The notes under the pieces were generated by a model. The model worked only from the letters and a program-made list of their open reading frames with translations, was not told the DNA's origin and did not search any database. Both the position numbers and the translations under genes were made by a program. Positions 46,700 through 57,744 of a DNA stretch of 64,000 bases are shown piece by piece (within the stretch, counting starts at the first letter, position 1; the number at the start of each line of letters is the position of its first letter). Source of the DNA: Blastocladiella emersonii ATCC 22665 (lineage: Eukaryota; Fungi; Blastocladiomycota); assembly GCA_025594325.1 (NCBI GenBank), contig JANHCV010000005.1, positions 1,116,001-1,180,000 of the forward strand. The letters run 5' to 3'.

Positions 46700-47394
46700 G
46701 CTGGTGATGTGGTTTTGGGAGTGGCGGTTGCTGGGTGCGTTGGACTGTGTGTCTTGGGAGAGAGCGCTGCGACCGACCGACCCTTCTTATACCGGAGCCG
46801 TGTTGGGCTCGTTGGTCGCCACGGGTCGCCGGCGGAGGCGAAACGCGCCCGCTTGCAGCGCTCCGTCGGAGCCCAGCGACCGCGCTGCGCCACTCCCCGT
46901 CGGGGCCCATCGGCACGCCACCTCGTCATCGCAGCGCCGCCGGGGCCGGCAGTTTGCTCGCAACTCAAGTGTGCGTGAAGCCGCGACATGAGGGTATACT
47001 TTCCTGCTCACTCGTCTCAACACTCGTCCGTGTCACCGGGTAGGGCCAAAAGTGAACTGTTCTTGACGGCGAGTGGCATCGTATCCACTCGACCAAGTTT
47101 CCACGGCCGGATACGCCGTTGGAGATGCTGTCGCTCACGTCGGGGACAGGCGAGAGCGCCGCGGGCAAAGTTGGCGGCTCAGCGCTCGCGTCCAGGTCCT
47201 CGGCAAATTACGAGTTCGGCAGCAGCAGCAGCCTTCGGTCCCACGTACGACATGTTCCCGCCCGGATCGCGGGCGGCCAACGAGGTCGAGCAGTACCGCC
47301 GACATCTCAAAATGAGAGCCTCGAGTATCGGACAAGTCATGCATGTACTCGGCGCTCTGTTATCCTGCCTTGCGTTCGAAGCAACCGAGGTCGA
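45908..47394 (+). repeat. Direct segmental duplication, copy B (partner 1-1487)
   Basis: Matches window positions 1-1487. The left end is not definable because copy A runs off the window. Confidence 0.95.
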
Positions 47395-50300
47395 AGAAGG
47401 TAAGGCTCGAGGCCAAAGGAGGTAATGCTCGAGCCGGAGAGGACGGCGCTCTGCGATGCGGCCACGTTGGCGAGCGCGACCTCGATCTGCATGGACGCTG
47501 CTGGTTTCGCGACATGAGCACACGTTCTCCGCTCGCGTGACAGGTCCCAAGAATGCGAGAGTAAGAGGGCGGGAGGCTGCACCGGGCCTGCGCGTTGCGC
47601 GAGTGCAGTCGCAGGGCGAGGCGCGGTGCACACGCAGCACCGGTCCCTGGCTGCTGCCCGCGGCAACGAGAGCGTGAATAGAAAGACTCTTGAAGCGCGA
47701 TGCAGCAAGTGACGGTTGGTTTTCATGCGATTCGTGGGTGGCAGAGCAGCGCAGGTGAGAGCAGCGACCGCCGGCTCGACGTGCCGCTCGTGGGCCGCCG
47801 GGGCGCCTCGTCCGGGTGGTGCTCAGGCACGGTTCGCAGGCAACTCGACAAGAAGAATCGCGGGGATCGCGTGAGCCAACGCGCGCTCTCGGGGGTCGGC
47901 ATGTTCGCGGCGTTCTCACGCGGCGTTCTCACGCGGCGCGCGAGGAGAGAAGCGGGGGCAACTGCGTGCGCGTTGCATCGGGACGCGTCCATGGGCGTCG
48001 GGGAGCAGCTGCAACGCTCGTCGGCTCAAGATCTCTCTCCCTTGGAGCCATGCAGCAACATGGAAGCCGGCCATCTTCGAGCCCGCTGGCGACGCAGACG
48101 GGGGCGCGAGGCGAGTGGTCCACGCCGCGAAGAGCAGGATGGGATGTGTGACGTGAACGATGCTATAGATCGGTCGTGGGCGCCATGAAGTACATGAGAT
48201 GTGGATGCTGGTGGTTCTGCCGAGGACGAGAAGCGGTGGCGATCGCGCCCGTCCGAGACGCGAGAGAAACGGTCCGCGGCGTCCCTTCGGGGCCGGATCT
48301 CCTCGCGTGGCCGTGTGCACGCACCTCGGAAAGCGTCTCGTATAGCCACAGCTGCCGATCGAGTACGGTTGAAACGACCCGAACCACCACACAGTCCTCC
48401 GAGCGCGCCGACGCAGCGGCAGGCGATCGGCGCGGCTGTGGGAGCGCCGTTGCGGGCAGTTGCGCTTAGTTATGTGCGGTGCATGGTGCCCCGGGACGCC
48501 TGTGAACGCGCCAGCAAGGCGAAAGCTCGGGGGAGCGGGGGGCCGCCGTTGTAAGGAGGGTGTGGGAGTGGCGGACCGCCACGCACGCCGAGTCCGTGGT
48601 GATGCAATGTGGCGTAACGCGTCGATCGCGCGCCCGGCGACGTGCAGTGCCTTCTCTACGCCTCAGCGCGCGAGGGCGTGCGGTAACTCGGGTGTGCCGA
48701 TGAGAGCGACTTGATGGAACGCATTGCACTTGATGCTGGGGCGGCGCGTGGTGAAACGCGTCGCGTCGCGGAATCACGCCAGCGTCACGTTTTGTCTCGC
48801 GGCCGCGGCTGCGGGAGACGCGTTTGCGGGTACACCGGCCACACGCTTGCCTCCCGAAACGCGACGCGTCGAATCTTCGGCGCGTCAAGCAACGTGTTCT
48901 CTCGCCACATGCGTTGACTCCTTTACGTGCAATGTCATCGACTCCCCGCCTTCCGCCGCGTGCTTCTGCAACACCACGCGCAACCGCTCTACGTTCTTGC
49001 GGCTCGCACCCGGGATCCACGCGTTCCAACCCGCGCGGGCGGACCGCTGGCTCAACGGGGCCGGGTCCCACCTGTCGCGGCCGGTTGTCGCACGACGAGT
49101 GGTACGGGCAGTGCGATGGTCGCAACGCCGAGCACTCCAGGCCCGTGCACCAACACCACGTCGCGTCCTCGGTCGTACTTGGCAACTGCGCGTCCGGTAC
49201 GCCAAGTGCATGCGCCGAGATGTCTGCTGACACGACGCCTGTCCGCCTAGTCGGCGACGACCTCAAGGAGATCCTGGGCATGGCCGGCCGAGCCCGCGAC
49301 TGCCTGCAACTGGACTCATCGACCTCGCATCGCGCTCGCCGAGTGATATCCACGCCAAGATGCAGGTCAAGTTCGACGCGGATCGCGCATCAACGGCGAG
49401 CGGTTCGGTACGCGGGCGCTTGAGGCACATTGCGCGGCTTGCACTAACATGAGCGCCGGTTCCCGTGTAGCAGCGACTTCAAACCCTCCCTCTCGGCCGC
49501 GCCGATGGCGGCTGTTCCCTTGCGACCATGTGCCGCTCACCTCCTGCCTGTACTCTTCCTCGCAATAACCTCGCTTCCCGACTTGACCTCACTGCACGGT
49601 GGTACGTGTCCATGGCCTCGTCGTGACTGCCATTCCCACTCACGACCATCAGTCCGTTTCATATAGCCGCCGCGTGGCTACGCGCGCGCGAGTTCAAGGC
49701 CCGAGTCGTTTGGCTACGCTGCGACGATGCGTCAAGGCGACCGTGCTCACGGTCGGCGTACGGTATCCAGCTCGAGCCTGCGGCACGGGTGCAAGATAGC
49801 GGCGTGCATTGCCTGGAATGGGACGTGTCGTTTCGTCGCTCGCCGCGGAACATGACTGATGATCACTCACATCTTGATGCTTCCTTTCACCAGACCGTTG
49901 TCGTGTCTCCCAATCCAACAGCTGGCGCTCCTCCGCGGCAACACACGGTGAACGAGTAACCGTACGCACGCGCTCAAGGTCGGGATCTGCGCGGGCCAGA
50001 TTGCGCACGAGAAGGTCGGCGCTCGCTCGAGGACTCGCTGCTGATCGAGATCGAGGTCGAGGGCGCGACCATGGCCGTGCCTCGGGTCGCTAGCCACGGG
50101 CCGATTGACGAGCGACCGTGGGCAGCTCAAGCTGGCTGTCACCGTCTCCTATGTCGAGCTCACGCGCTGGGTACAATCCGAGCGCGAGTGGCTGGCGGCT
50201 AAGGTGCGGTACGCGGGGATTCCGTCGCAATCCGCAGACTCATGACGCCTCGCTCGAATCTAGGGCGAGGTCAACGCCACGACTACCGCCACAAGAGGCG

Positions 50301-50448
50301 CCGCTGGGCCTCGCTCCTTCGACGACCGCCAGCGAGCAGCAGCAGTGGGGCAGCGTGCAGGACTCGGAATCGAGCCAGCGACACTCGCACCGTGGCCCTG
50401 TCTGTCAAGCATGTCCGGCCGAGTCGCGACGCGAGCCACCTTCAGTCG

Positions 50449-50483
50449 GCGGCGAGCGGCGAGCGGCGAGCGGCGAGCGGCGA
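50449..50483. repeat. (GCGGCGA)5 heptamer tandem repeat
   Basis: Five perfect units. Confidence 0.9.
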
Positions 50484-53400
50484 GGGCGCAGGCTATCGTC
50501 GACCTGGGACGTGTCATTGCTCTGGATCCCTCACCCGCGCACACGGATCATCACTCATCGCTGCTCTGCGCTCTAGAAACCCGCTGCGTGCTTCGCCCGA
50601 GTACTTTCAACAGCTGGACAGCTCTCGGACCTTTGCGGGCACGTTATGACCATCGCCAGCGCCCGCCTCGCGTTACTCTCTTACCAGCGTCGATCCAGTT
50701 CAATCACTCGTTGCCGTGGCCGGGCTCGCCGCCGCCGCACGGACGGGTGGGCGGTGGCACTACTACGGGGTCACGCTGCAGATCGGTGACCGCGTCGCGG
50801 GAAATGACGCATCGCTCGGGTGTAGGGAGTGCACGATCCACGGCAGCGACGAGCCGCTCGACACTGGGCTTCCGAACGGCGGCGAACCTGGTACGCCGCG
50901 CCTTCCTCCTCCGATCAAGCCCTCGCCCAAAACCGTAACCGCTGACATTCGTTCCCGGTCACTGACACATGCTACGGTTCATTGCTCGGCCCGATCTGGT
51001 CGAACGCGCGCATTGCCGCCCTGACGCGAGGTCTCCGCAGAGTATCGCGCGTTGACCGCTCGCGACCAGCGTGCCTCGTACACAGCCTCGCCGTTCCCAT
51101 CTCCGAGTAACCTACACGCCGAACGAGAAGGTCAAGGCTCGACGAGTACCAGGAATCAACAGCAGCTCGGTACGCGTGGCCAAAAGTATCGCACGGCGTG
51201 TACTGACTCGCGCGACTGACTGCATCCGTGTAGCTCAATCGACCGGCCATCGGGCTTCTTCTTTCCTCGCTCGACTCGCACAGCATGCCGCTCGACCCTG
51301 CCAGAGCGAGCACTCGAGACGGCGACATCCATCACCTGGCATGGGACGTGTCGTTCACCTTGTCGCTTGGTCGCCACAGTACGTCACAACACTGCTGAAT
51401 GACCGATCACTCACATTTTGCTCGTGGGTGTAGCTCGTCTACTTCCTCACCGTAACCTCGTCGTATCTCTCGATCCATCTGCAGCTACCTCCATGGGCGA
51501 CACTCGGGGACACTCGACGACCAAGAGCCAGGACGCGCGCGCGCTCAAGGGCGGCAGCATCGGTGCGGGCGAGTTCGATCGCGCTCAAGAACTCGCTGGT
51601 CCAGATCCAGCAGGGCGCGACCATGGCCATGGTCATGGCCATCGTGGCTCGGGCCGCGGACCGCACGGCAAGCAGCAGCAGCTCAAGCTGGCCACCATCA
51701 ACTCCGAGATCACGCTGACGCGCAGTGGGCAAGCCGGCCAGGCCGTCAAGCGACTCTGGCCATGGCGCGACGTGATCCAGGCCGAGTCGGGGGTGGCGGC
51801 GGGCGTCGGGCGGCGGGCGGCGCAGGCCGTCGTCAACCTGGGACGTGTCATCGCGCTGGATCCCTCTCTCGCGCGGACACGGACGATCGCTCACGCTACT
51901 CGCTCGCTCGATCACCGCGCTGCTCTAGAAACCCACCGTGTGTCTCGAACGCATTGTATCAACAACCCGACCATTCTCGATGTTTGATTGGCCGTCGTCT
52001 CGGCCATGGCCATCGCGTGCGTTCGCGTCGTGATCCTGCCCCGGCCAGCACTCCTCCACGTCGATCCAGGGCAACGTCGCGCCGCTGTTGCAGCAGCACG
52101 GCCCATCCGGGTCTGGCGGCGGTAGCGGTAATACAACAAAGGTATGCTACGGATCGACTACCGCGTCACGGGAAATGACGCGTCGCTCGGTCCTAGTAGA
52201 CATTCAGCTCGCCATGTACACGGCCTCGGGCGGCGGTGTTCCTGCTCCATGGTTTCCGCAGCCCCTGTGCGTGTCTCGACAACAACGACTACCTCACGCT
52301 CGCCCGCCCGCCGAATGATCTCCTCCTTGCCGACAAGGTCGACCTCGACGTGGGCCGCGTCTCCAGTAGCAAGCAGCTCGGTTCCGGTACGCGTGGCGTG
52401 GTCGAGACCGCCACACGACTCGCGCTAGCACGCGACCGCATCTGTGTAGCTCAGTCGACCAATTGACCGACCAATCTCGTCCTGCCCAAGCTCGCACACG
52501 TTCGGCGGCGCCTTTGCTACCTCCGGTACGCCAAAGGCACGCTTTCTGGCGTCTGCTGACGTGATGCGCATCGTTACAGACCTCCTACAACAACATCAAG
52601 AAGCCTTTCGGCGGCTCCACCTCCTCGAGTCGGAACGGTACGTGTCCTGTTCTCCCTCGAGGCGCTCTCATCGAAAACGCGTCGCTTTGCGCTCGTCATC
52701 CAGCTGTCCAGTTTGTTTCGCGTTACGGCCTCAAGTTCTCGACGGACCGTTTGCACGTCCGGCTCTCGAGTCCGGCCAGCCATGTCGCTCGATGGCGACG
52801 ACGACGCGAACACGCGCTCGCCGAGGCGATCCGGGTGCCAAGATGCAGGTCAAGCTCGACGCGGATCGCGTAGATCCCGGTACGGCAGCAGCAGTTTGGT
52901 GACGGTGCGCGCGTGTTCACAAAAGATCCGCCACTCGGCTCAACACTGACCTGGGTCGGCGGCTTCCGCGTAGCAGCAACGACATCAAGCTCGCACTTGG
53001 GCGTGCTGGCCGCGGCGTCGGCCGGCTGTTCCGCGACCATCAACCGCTCCTCGTGTTTCTCGCCCAGTTCTCGCAGCAAGGTCGTTTCCTCCAGGCATTT
53101 CCTTCAAGCATGGCGGTGGCGGCGGTACGTGTCCATGGCCTCTTCGTGGTCGTCATGCCCTCATCGCTCACTCTTGACGACCGACCGTGTAGTCGCGGTG
53201 CGCGGCTGCTCGCGGAGGCTGTGCGCGCAAGTTCGAGGGACCGAGTCGCTCGACTACTACAACAACACGCTACGACAACGCGTCAAGTCGGCCACGCTCA
53301 AGTTCAACACTCAACAGTCAACAATCGACACTCAGCACTCACGTTCAACGTACGGCATGACGCTCTCGACTGACCGTGCAGCGCGCAAGTCCAAGACGGC

Positions 53401-55808
53401 GGGCGGCGTACATTTCCCAGCATGGATGGTACGTGTCGTTTTGCGTCGGTCGCCGCCACGAAAGGTATTACCGACGATCACTCACATTTAGCTGTTGCCG
53501 CATCTCTCCAGATCCTCACTGTGTCGCGCGATTGAGGCACTGGCTCCCCACGGCGACACGGCACACCACGACCGAGAACCAGCACGCGCACGCTCAAGGG
53601 CAGCGGCAGCATCGGGCGTGGGCCCTCATTGAGAAGCTCGCGCTCATGGAGAAGATCATCACATACACGCTCGTTCGAGGACTCGCTTGAGGACTCGCTC
53701 GCTGATCGAGATCCGGCGCGCGACCATGGCCAAGGGTCGCGGTCGTGGCCATCATGGACTCGCTTGGGCCGTGGGTCGTCTGGGAAGGAGCAGCAGTGCA
53801 AGCAGACCATCGTCGTCGTCCATCCCCGAGACCACGCGCGCCAGGTGCGCAAGTCGGACAATCGGTAGCGTGTATGGTACGCGAAGAGTCCATCGCCATC
53901 CACAGAATAGCGACTGACGCGTCGCTCAGGGCTAGGGCGAGTACGGCACCACGACTTCTGCCCGACCAACACTAACGGCCAAGCTCATTCAACACGGTGC
54001 TCTCAACAACTGCGACACGGCGTCTGCGACAACACCGCGCGCGCGCGGTGGTCTTTCCCGTCAGTCGACGACCACCAAGCTCCGGCCAGCCACGACACGA
54101 CGCGCCGCGCCGCGACGCAAACGACCGGCTCAAGTCGGTGGCGAGCGTCATGCGTCACGCGTCACGCGGCGGGGTCGCAGGTCAACGTCAACCTGGGACG
54201 TGTCGCGCTGGATCTGTCACTCGTGCAAACATGGCCGATCACTCACGCTACTCGCTCGCTCGTCGCACTGCCCTAGAAACCCATCGTGTGTGCCTCGACC
54301 AATTACTCGTGCGGCAGTCGAACCACTCTCTTTCTCTCGCAAACGCTTCCGCTGCCGTCATGTTCGACGGCCATTGCGTACGCACGCAACATCGTGATCA
54401 CGCCTCACGCCAGCGCTGCAAGTCGATCCAGGTCAACCTCATCGCGCTCCGCCGACATTGCCGTGTTCGCGTCCGCCGCCGCCGCCGCTGCGCCAGTGGG
54501 CGGTGGTGCTACCACTCCGAAGGTACGCTACCGACCTCCTGCCGCCGCGTTGTCACGGGAAAATGACGCGTCGCTCGATGCTAGATGACTGAGATCCCTT
54601 GAGCGGAACACGGACGAGGTCCGTCGGAGCGCGACAGCAGCAGCTACGACCACCCCAACCACACGGTACGGCATGCACTCGGGCGCGCATGTCGGCCGCA
54701 AGCTCATGGGCTACAACTCGGTAATTGTCGGCATCCTCGGCTTCGTGCAGCAGCGGCGGTGGCCCAGCACTGGACGATCAAGACGAATACAAACGGAATC
54801 AACTGCGAGCTCATCACGATCCACCAGACGACGATCTACGGCATCAACGAGTCGACCAACACTCAGCATCCCACAAGCAGCGAACCTGGAACGTGTCGCT
54901 CTCTTTTTTCCTTCCACCACGCCCGTGCGCGAGTCCGTGATCGCTGACATGTGCTTTCTGCGACTGGTAGATGGAAGCCGCGCTACTTCTCCTCGCTCGC
55001 ATTGATCCGGCTCGTGTTTGCACGCGCGCCGTGCCGCGTAACGACAATCTACCGCGTCTTTGCTCGCTCGCTCGCGGCCAGCTGCTCGCCTCGTACACGG
55101 ACGGCCTCGGCTGCATCCCCACCACCGCTCCGAGTCATCAACGCGCTGACCGGGACGAGGTCAAGCTCAAGAAGAATCGCGGCCGCGGGCGGATTACACA
55201 GCAACTCGATGATGATATCGGTACGCATGGCCGAGACGAGACTATCCGCACGACGGCTCGTACTGACCGAGCCGCGCGACTGCATCTGCCGTGTAGCTAG
55301 CCGACTCGACCGTCTTTGACTTGTTTCTCCGCGCCCGAACTCGCCTCCATCCTCACCGCTGCCGCCGCCACGACCAGCGGTGCTTCACGGCGACAACGAC
55401 TCGTTTCCATGACGGTACGCTCGCGCTCCGTTCCCTTTGCGCGCAGCGCTTGCGCATACCGCGGGCTGACGCGCGAACTTCGTTCCTCCAAGTAGGCACT
55501 GCACGTTCAACAGGAGCTGTCGATCGATCGTATCGCCACCGTCGCTCCACCTCTTCCTCAAGCGTCAAGCGTGTCTGGATCATCTTCCTCGTCGTCGCCC
55601 ATCTGCTGCTTTGGTAACCTCAACGCTTCGCATTCGCGTCATCGCCCAACCAACCAGCGCGTGTTCGTGGCCTCGCGCTGTGACCATGGCCGTGGAGGGC
55701 ATCGACTATGGCTGATTACCCGTGACATGATCGAGCCCGGAGCGCGCGACACGAACCGACGACTCTCATCCCCGAGATACACGCGCGCACGTTCGAGTCC
55801 AAATCGTC

Positions 55809-55844
<36 letters not shown>
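55809..55844. repeat. (GTCGTG)6 hexamer tandem repeat
   Basis: Six perfect units. Confidence 0.9.
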
Positions 55845-57649
55845 CTGGCAGTGGTCGGGCAGGTCGTCGTCCAGCATGGGACGTGTTTTCCTGGTCGGTT
55901 GCGGCAACCCCACCCATTCATCAGCTGATGACCACTCACGCCTTGCTTGCTCGCTGCGCTGCACTAGTAGAGCTGGTGCCCAGTCCACCGTGCTTTGGGC
56001 TGAAACGGTGGTCAGCAGTCCAACGATGATCATCCGTTTCTCGAGCATTGTATCGACGCTGTGATTAACAAGAATGGCGACGCGCGCGTCAAGCTCTTCT
56101 TCTCCCTCCACGTCGATCTGGTTCCACTTCACTTCTTGCCAGCAAGCTAGCTTGCCGCGCAGCACGGCGACCAAGACTCAGGTGGCGGGCGACACTACGG
56201 TGGGTGGGTACGCGAGAAGCCGTTCACTCTCGCTCGATTACTTGCCACGGATACTGAAGATTCGCCCGAGTCTTGTGAGATTCGACGACACGAGGGCGCG
56301 ACACGCGACGATTGGCCGGCGCGCTTCTTTCTGCGGCTGCGAGCAAGGCCAGCTGCTTTGACTGCAACTCACTCCACTCCAAGCTGGGCTCAGCGGCGCG
56401 TCGCGGCTCGTCGAGGCAAGATCAAGGATCTCGCTCTCCTCCTGGGCGACCTCGACTTTGCCACAAGTTGGTGACACGCTCACGTTCAACGTACAGCATG
56501 ACGCTCTCGACCAACCTTGCAGCGCGGATCCAAGACGGCGGGCGGCGTACATCATTGCCCTGCATGAATGGTACGTGTTCATTTGCGTCGCCACGGAATC
56601 GTCGCCACCAATGATTACTCAGAACTCGCTGCTGCTCCTGACTGTCACCAAATCCTCAGCGTGTCCCTCGATTCCAGCGACTGGCGCTCCACGGCGGCAC
56701 ACGACGACCCGAGAACCAGTACGCGCGCGGTTAAGGGCAGCAGGATCGGGCGCGGGCCAGCTCTCGCACATTATGGAGCTCGTTTGACACTCGGGCAAGG
56801 ACCCGCTCGCTGATCGGGATCCAGCGCGCGGCCACGGCCATGGCCATGGTGACTCGGGCCGCGGGTCATCCAGCAAAAGGCAGCAGCAGCAGCAGTCCAA
56901 GCTGAACCATCGTCGTCCATCGCCGAGACCACTCCACGCTTCCGATTTGGCCCTTGACTATGGATTGCCGCGACTCGGCACACCACCGAGAGTTCGCCTG
57001 CTACTTTCTATGGCTTCCGAAGCGCTCGCTCAACGATCAAATCGAGTCCGCTTTCGCTAGTCTCATTGCTTCCTCTCGTATTTTTGCCTGGGCGTACTCG
57101 CAAGCTTGGTCGCCGATTCCATGCCTTTCCCGCTCAGTCGGAGTTGGAGCATTGCGCTGCTCATGCTCCACGCTGCGACCCGCGCGTCCTTGCATTTTTC
57201 TCATCAGTGGTGGGCTCTGAGCCAACGCCCAACGACGAGCTTCCAGATTGATTTTTCGCCATCACTTGTCATAAATTCAACAGGCACAGGTGCTACGCCC
57301 GCGCTCCTCGTCAGCGGATGAACAAGCTGACGCCGCGAACAAGCAAAATGATAGGTAACTCGTCGTAAGACGCAAGAGATCGTTGATTTTTTTCTTCAAT
57401 AATGTTGTGCTCGTCGCTGAATTTAAGACTTGAGATGCCCGAAGCGTGCGACGCGTGACGCGCTGCGCCACGGCGTGACCGCGGCGAACGCTGAGTGGTC
57501 GCGGTCCGCACTGCTCATCATCCTCGTGTCTCGCATGTCTCGCACTGCTCCAGTTCCAGTCAGTCAGTCAATCGGTCTTGTATCTCTCGCCCTCATGCAC
57601 CCGCTCGTTGGACGCATGCGCATGCGCATGCGTGTGCCGCCTCCGATCG

Positions 57650-57656
57650 TATAAAT
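57650..57656 (+). promoter_or_regulatory. TATA box of Q/A gene copy 2
   Basis: TATAAAT about 90 nt upstream of ATG 57745, conserved between paralogs. Confidence 0.65.
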
Positions 57657-57744
57657 CCGGGCCGTTCCCCGCTCTCCCCACCTCTAGCTCAACACGCTTG
57701 CATACCTTGCTCACGTATCCGACAAAACAACCTACTATCGAAGA

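Larger units (their letters stand above)
49100..56950 (+). pseudogene. Tandem array of degenerate exon-intron modules (relic of an internally repeated, intron-rich gene or gene cluster)
   Basis: Recurring anchors in conserved order: GCGCGACCATGGCC-like at ~50063, 51616, 53718 and 56827; CCTGGGACGTGTC...CTAGAAACCC at 50503, 51837 and 54192; CGGGAAATGACGC-like at 50798, 52169 and 54556; GCCAAGATGCAGGTCAAG at 49354 and 52837. No long coding-like ORF. Confidence 0.7.

Noticed and set aside
55780-55850. tRNA T-loop-like GTTCGAGTCC and a His-Asp repeat ORF (55716-56174, minus)
   Set aside because: No cloverleaf or D-loop context. The HD run derives from a (GTCGTG)6 microsatellite in a non-coding-like frame.
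49100-56950. CRISPR-like or satellite interpretation of the repeated array
   Set aside because: Units are long, degenerate and carry spliceosomal intron signals; there is no constant short repeat with unique spacers and no cas genes in this eukaryotic context.
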